Assembly (NCBI GenBank): GCA_963815195.1
Contig: CAWFGE010000012.1
Coordinates: 960,001 to 1,024,000 of the forward strand
Length of the DNA: 64,000 nucleotides
Source of the DNA: an uncultured Planctomycetaceae bacterium
GTDB lineage: Bacteria; Planctomycetota; Planctomycetia; Planctomycetales; Planctomycetaceae
Reading direction: 5' to 3'
Shown here: piece after piece, positions 60,742-64,000 of the stretch
How the letters are laid out: every line of letters begins with the position of its first letter
Position numbering within the stretch: the first letter of the stretch is position 1
Notes under the pieces: model-generated
What the model was told of the DNA's origin: nothing
Database searches by the model: none
Seen by the model: only the letters and a program-made list of their open reading frames with translations
Made by a program: the position numbers and the translations under genes

Positions 60742-61848
60742 ATGCCAATCGAAGTAGCGCTTTGGCGAATGGGTGACAAACTGACCCAGGTCCAATTCTC
60801 GCCGATGGAAACAGAAAGTCTTCTCGAGGACATAATTGCCCAAGACATAACAATTATCGATCCCAATTTGCTTCTCATCGGGCGGCAAGTTCCAACGACC
60901 TTTGGAACATTTGCGGATTTGCTGGCACTTGATTCTGACGGCAACTGCGTCGTCATCGAACTTAAGCGCGATCGCACACCACGTGAGGTCGTCGCCCAGT
61001 TGCTGGATTATGGGTCCTGGGTTCGATCGCTTGAAGACGATGATCTTGCCACCGTTTTTGAAAACTTCATCAAGAAATATTACCCGAAATACTCGGATAC
61101 CTCTTTGGACCAAGCGTTTTGCGAGAAATTCAATGTTCAAGAGACACCCGATGTCTTGAATGAGTCGCACAAGCTCGTCGTCGTGGCAGCCAAACTTGAC
61201 GACTCCACCGAACGCATCATTACTTACCTCGCTGAAGAGTACGGTGTACCAATCAATGCCGTATTCTTCCGATTCTTTCGCGACGAAGATCGCGAGTACT
61301 TGAGTCGGGCTTGGTTGATTGATCCGAGTGATATTGAAGCGAAGGTGGTGGAAAAGCGCGAGAAACTGCCGTGGAACGGCGAATTCTATGTTTCCTATGG
61401 CGGCGATCCGAATCGGGACTGGGAAGAGGCTCGAAAGTTCGGATTCTTCTCTGCTGGCGGAGGCTCCTGGTACACAAAAACGCTCGGAATGTTGGAGCCA
61501 AATTCGCGTATCTGGGTGAATATGCCGGGAGGAATTGGTTACGTTGGCGTGGGCAAAGTTGTGGAGGGAGCCGTGCCCATCGATGACTTCTTGGTCGATG
61601 ATGGTAATGGAAATCAAGTTGCGCTTCGACAACTTCCCGTGAAAGCCGCGAACCTTACAACTCAGGCACAGGATCCGGAGAAGGCTGAGCACGTAGTGCG
61701 TGTTGAATGGATTAAAACCGTACCGGTTCATGAGGCAATTCGTGAGAAGGGTTTTTTCGGAAACCAAAACTCCGCCGCAAGGCCTCGCTCAAAAGCGTGG
61801 ATACATACAATTGATCGGCTAAAGACAAAATTCGGAATCAAGGACTGA
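60742..61848 (+). CDS. NucS/EndoMS-like PD-(D/E)xK endonuclease with additional C-terminal domain
   Basis: E..LED.I, IGRQV, DLLALD.DG..V.IELKR and Q.LDY motifs; lower GC than flanks. Confidence 0.8.
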   Translation: MPIEVALWRMGDKLTQVQFSPMETESLLEDIIAQDITIIDPNLLLIGRQVPTTFGTFADLLALDSDGNCVVIELKRDRTPREVVAQLLDYGSWVRSLEDDDLATVFENFIKKYYPKYSDTSLDQAFCEKFNVQETPDVLNESHKLVVVAAKLDDSTERIITYLAEEYGVPINAVFFRFFRDEDREYLSRAWLIDPSDIEAKVVEKREKLPWNGEFYVSYGGDPNRDWEEARKFGFFSAGGGSWYTKTLGMLEPNSRIWVNMPGGIGYVGVGKVVEGAVPIDDFLVDDGNGNQVALRQLPVKAANLTTQAQDPEKAEHVVRVEWIKTVPVHEAIREKGFFGNQNSAARPRSKAWIHTIDRLKTKFGIKD

Positions 61849-61930
61849 GAAGACCCTTTCCCCGTGTGGCACGCCCCCGACGCCCCACGTTCGCCACGTC
61901 GGCGCGTTCTCTCGTTGGTCGCGTTTTGGT

Positions 61931-62302
61931 TCAAGACGCCCCCTCCTTGGCCACACGGCCCAACGTCACGCCAAGTTCCGCGTCCGGATTCCAATACCCG
62001 GTGGGAATCCCGAGTTCGGCGGCAATTTGGATTTCCGCTTGCACGCCGACGCTCTCCCGCCAGCCATCGAGCATTAGCACGACAATCTGATCGCACCGCT
62101 CAAGCAGCACTCGGTCCTGGCGTTCCCAAAATTCCCATTTCGTCGGCAGGCCGAAGAGGGAGATCGGATGCGTATGGGCCACGGGAGAAAACACCACATT
62201 GCCCGACCGCATAAGATGTGCTGCGGCTTGGCAGGCGGCACAGAACCGCCAGGCGCGAATCTCCAAACTGGGATCTGTGTACGGACTCGATAAATAGATC
62301 AC
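61931..62302 (-). CDS. DUF1937-like (nucleoside deoxyribosyltransferase fold) protein
   Basis: IYLSSPYT, VFSP..H.H, CD...VL..GW.ES.GV..EI motifs; GTG start with ggagg RBS, in frame with the upstream MTase. Confidence 0.75.
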   Translation of the reverse strand: MIYLSSPYTDPSLEIRAWRFCAACQAAAHLMRSGNVVFSPVAHTHPISLFGLPTKWEFWERQDRVLLERCDQIVVLMLDGWRESVGVQAEIQIAAELGIPTGYWNPDAELGVTLGRVAKEGAS

Positions 62303-63621
62303 GACGCCACCTCCTGCGGATGCGGGAATCCGTTCGGCTTTTTCCCCAGTGAACTTCTCCCAGCGCTCGACGATCACATCGCAATACGGCGGGTCGAGTT
62401 CCATCAGAAAGGCCTTACGCCCCGTCTGCTGGCAACCCATCAGCGTGGAACCCGAGCCGCCGAAGAGATCGAGGACATTCTCGTCGGGACGCGAGGAATA
62501 CTGGATCGCCCGCACCGCGAGTTCGACCGGCTTCTCGGTCAAATGGATCATCGACTGTGGGTTGACCTTCTTGACCGACCAGACATCGGTCGCGTTATTT
62601 GGCCCGAGGAATTGGTGGGCCGCCCCTTCCCGCCAACCGTAGAAGCACCATTCGTGATTTCCCATAAAATCTTTTCGCGTGAGGACGGGATGTTCTTTTA
62701 CCCAGATCACCGCTTGTGAAAAGTAAAGCCCCATCGCCTTAAGCACCGGCGGGTAATTGGCGCAGTTGGCATAGCCGCCCCAGATATAGAACCCTCTTCC
62801 TGGCAGCAGCACGCGGGCGATGTTGCCGAACCATGCGAGCAGCAAACGATCGAACTCATCGTCTGTCACGAAGTCATTCGCCAGAGGACGGTCTTTGGCC
62901 CGCATCTTTTTGTGCGTCGCTTTTGCCTTTTCCGGATGCCGCTCAAGGTCGAATTTCTGGTGGTGCTTGTTGGGATTGGAAAAGCTACTGTTGCCGGCGG
63001 CGATGGCGTTGTTGCTTCGCGGTTCGACCTTCACATTGTAAGGCGGATCGTGTTGAACAGAGATGAATGTCCGCGCCGTCGAGCAGCCGGTCCACATGAT
63101 CCGGATTGCTGCTGTCCCCGCAGAGCAAGCGATGGTCGCCAAGAATCCACAGATCGCCCGGTTGCGTGATCGCCTCGTCGGGCGGCTCGGGTACGTCATC
63201 GGGATCCGTGAGTCCTTCCTCCAACTCGCCGCCGATCAATTTGGCGAGTTCATCCTGGTCGAAACCCAACAGCCCGAGGTCGAAGTTCGCGGCTTGCGAG
63301 TTCGCCGAGTTCGATCGGCAGCAGGTCGTAATCCCACTCGGCAAGCGACGCCGTTTGGTTGTCCGCAATGCGATAAGCTTCGATCTGCTCCGGCGTCAAA
63401 TCTTTCGCGACATGGACCGGCACTTTTTCCAGGCCCAGCTTTTTCGCCGCCTTCCAACGGGTGTGTCCGCAGATGATCACGCCCTCGGAATCCACCACAA
63501 TCGGCTGGCGGAATCCAAACTCCCGCAGAGACGCGGCAACAGCATCCACCGCATCATCATTCAGCCGGGGATTGTTTTCATAGGGTTTGATCCGCGCGAG
63601 GGGCCATTGCTCGATCTTCAT
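62303..63621 (-). CDS. ParB-N-terminal-domain DNA (N6-A/N4-C) methyltransferase, frameshifted
   Basis: IKPYENNPR, GF..PIVVD, GHTR, RIADN (ParB); DPPYN, H.T.KP and VLDLFGGSGST (beta-class MTase). Confidence 0.88.
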
Positions 63622-63804
63622 GGAGACGCACCTTTGCACTGGGAATGTGCTGGTGGCTCCGAGATGCGGAGTGCGGCCCCGGCGATCCAAGGCGGCGGGC
63701 AGGTCTACCAGAAATGATCTGCCACTAAAGCATGGGTGTTGTTTTTCGGAACGAGTAACCTGTTTTACGACAAATCAATCGGAATCCGCGAATTGGGCAA
63801 AAGG

Positions 63805-64000
63805 TTACTTTTCGCTGGTCGCTGCAATTGCCCTTTCAAGTAGCAAGTTGGTTAACGGAAGTGTGTTGCCGTCTCGCGCTCTGGGCTCCCTTAGTTTCCG
63901 TTGTTGTGATCGGACAGTCGCCAGATCATCGTCTGACTCGTAGTACCGGCGATTCAATGCGAGATCCCATTCAAAGGGGTGTTTGTGCAGAAAATCCAAA
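63805..64000 (-). CDS. 3' end of an unknown gene (truncated by window)
   Basis: Open frame running to the window edge, lower GC; no recognisable motif. Confidence 0.3.
   Translation of the reverse strand, partial: LDFLHKHPFEWDLALNRRYYESDDDLATVRSQQRKLREPRARDGNTLPLTNLLLERAIAATSEK

Larger units (their letters stand above)
50918..64000. mobile_element. tRNA-Ser-integrated prophage-derived element (right end beyond window)
   Basis: Integrase directly after the tRNA 3' end; terminase, ParB-MTase, TA system and nuclease cargo; mixed GC. Confidence 0.8.

Noticed and set aside
59398..61767. 789 aa minus-strand ORF
   Set aside because: Antisense to three recognisable plus-strand genes; no domain signal.
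63754..63809. agtaacct/aggttact inverted repeat upstream of the ParB-MTase
   Set aside because: Only 8 bp arms with a 40 bp spacer; could be chance.

Overview
This is GC-rich bacterial DNA, most likely from a planctomycete, judging by the TIGR02996 protein, PPC-domain proteins, a LEDR-motif secreted protein and a TPR-alphaCTD protein. Positions 1-50.4 kb are mostly core or ordinary accessory genes: a MoxR/DUF58 operon, prfB with its programmed frameshift, rpsT, rpsD, serC, pncA, glycosylation genes and others. The intergenic gaps are densely filled with palindromic repeats, including a ~160 bp MITE-like element present in four copies. From tRNA-Ser(TGA) at 50831 to the window end lies an integrated, prophage-derived element. 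It carries a tyrosine integrase, an AbiE type IV toxin-antitoxin pair, a terminase large subunit split by an IS4-family element (17 bp TIR, 12 bp TSD), a putative small terminase with an iteron-like array upstream, and a ParB-DNA methyltransferase. It also has an oppositely oriented, repeat-flanked cassette of two winged-helix genes and a NucS-like nuclease. No portal or capsid genes follow the terminase. Many genes carry isolated 1-2 nt frameshifts, which are probably sequencing or assembly indels. All product calls come from motif recognition by eye, not database searches.
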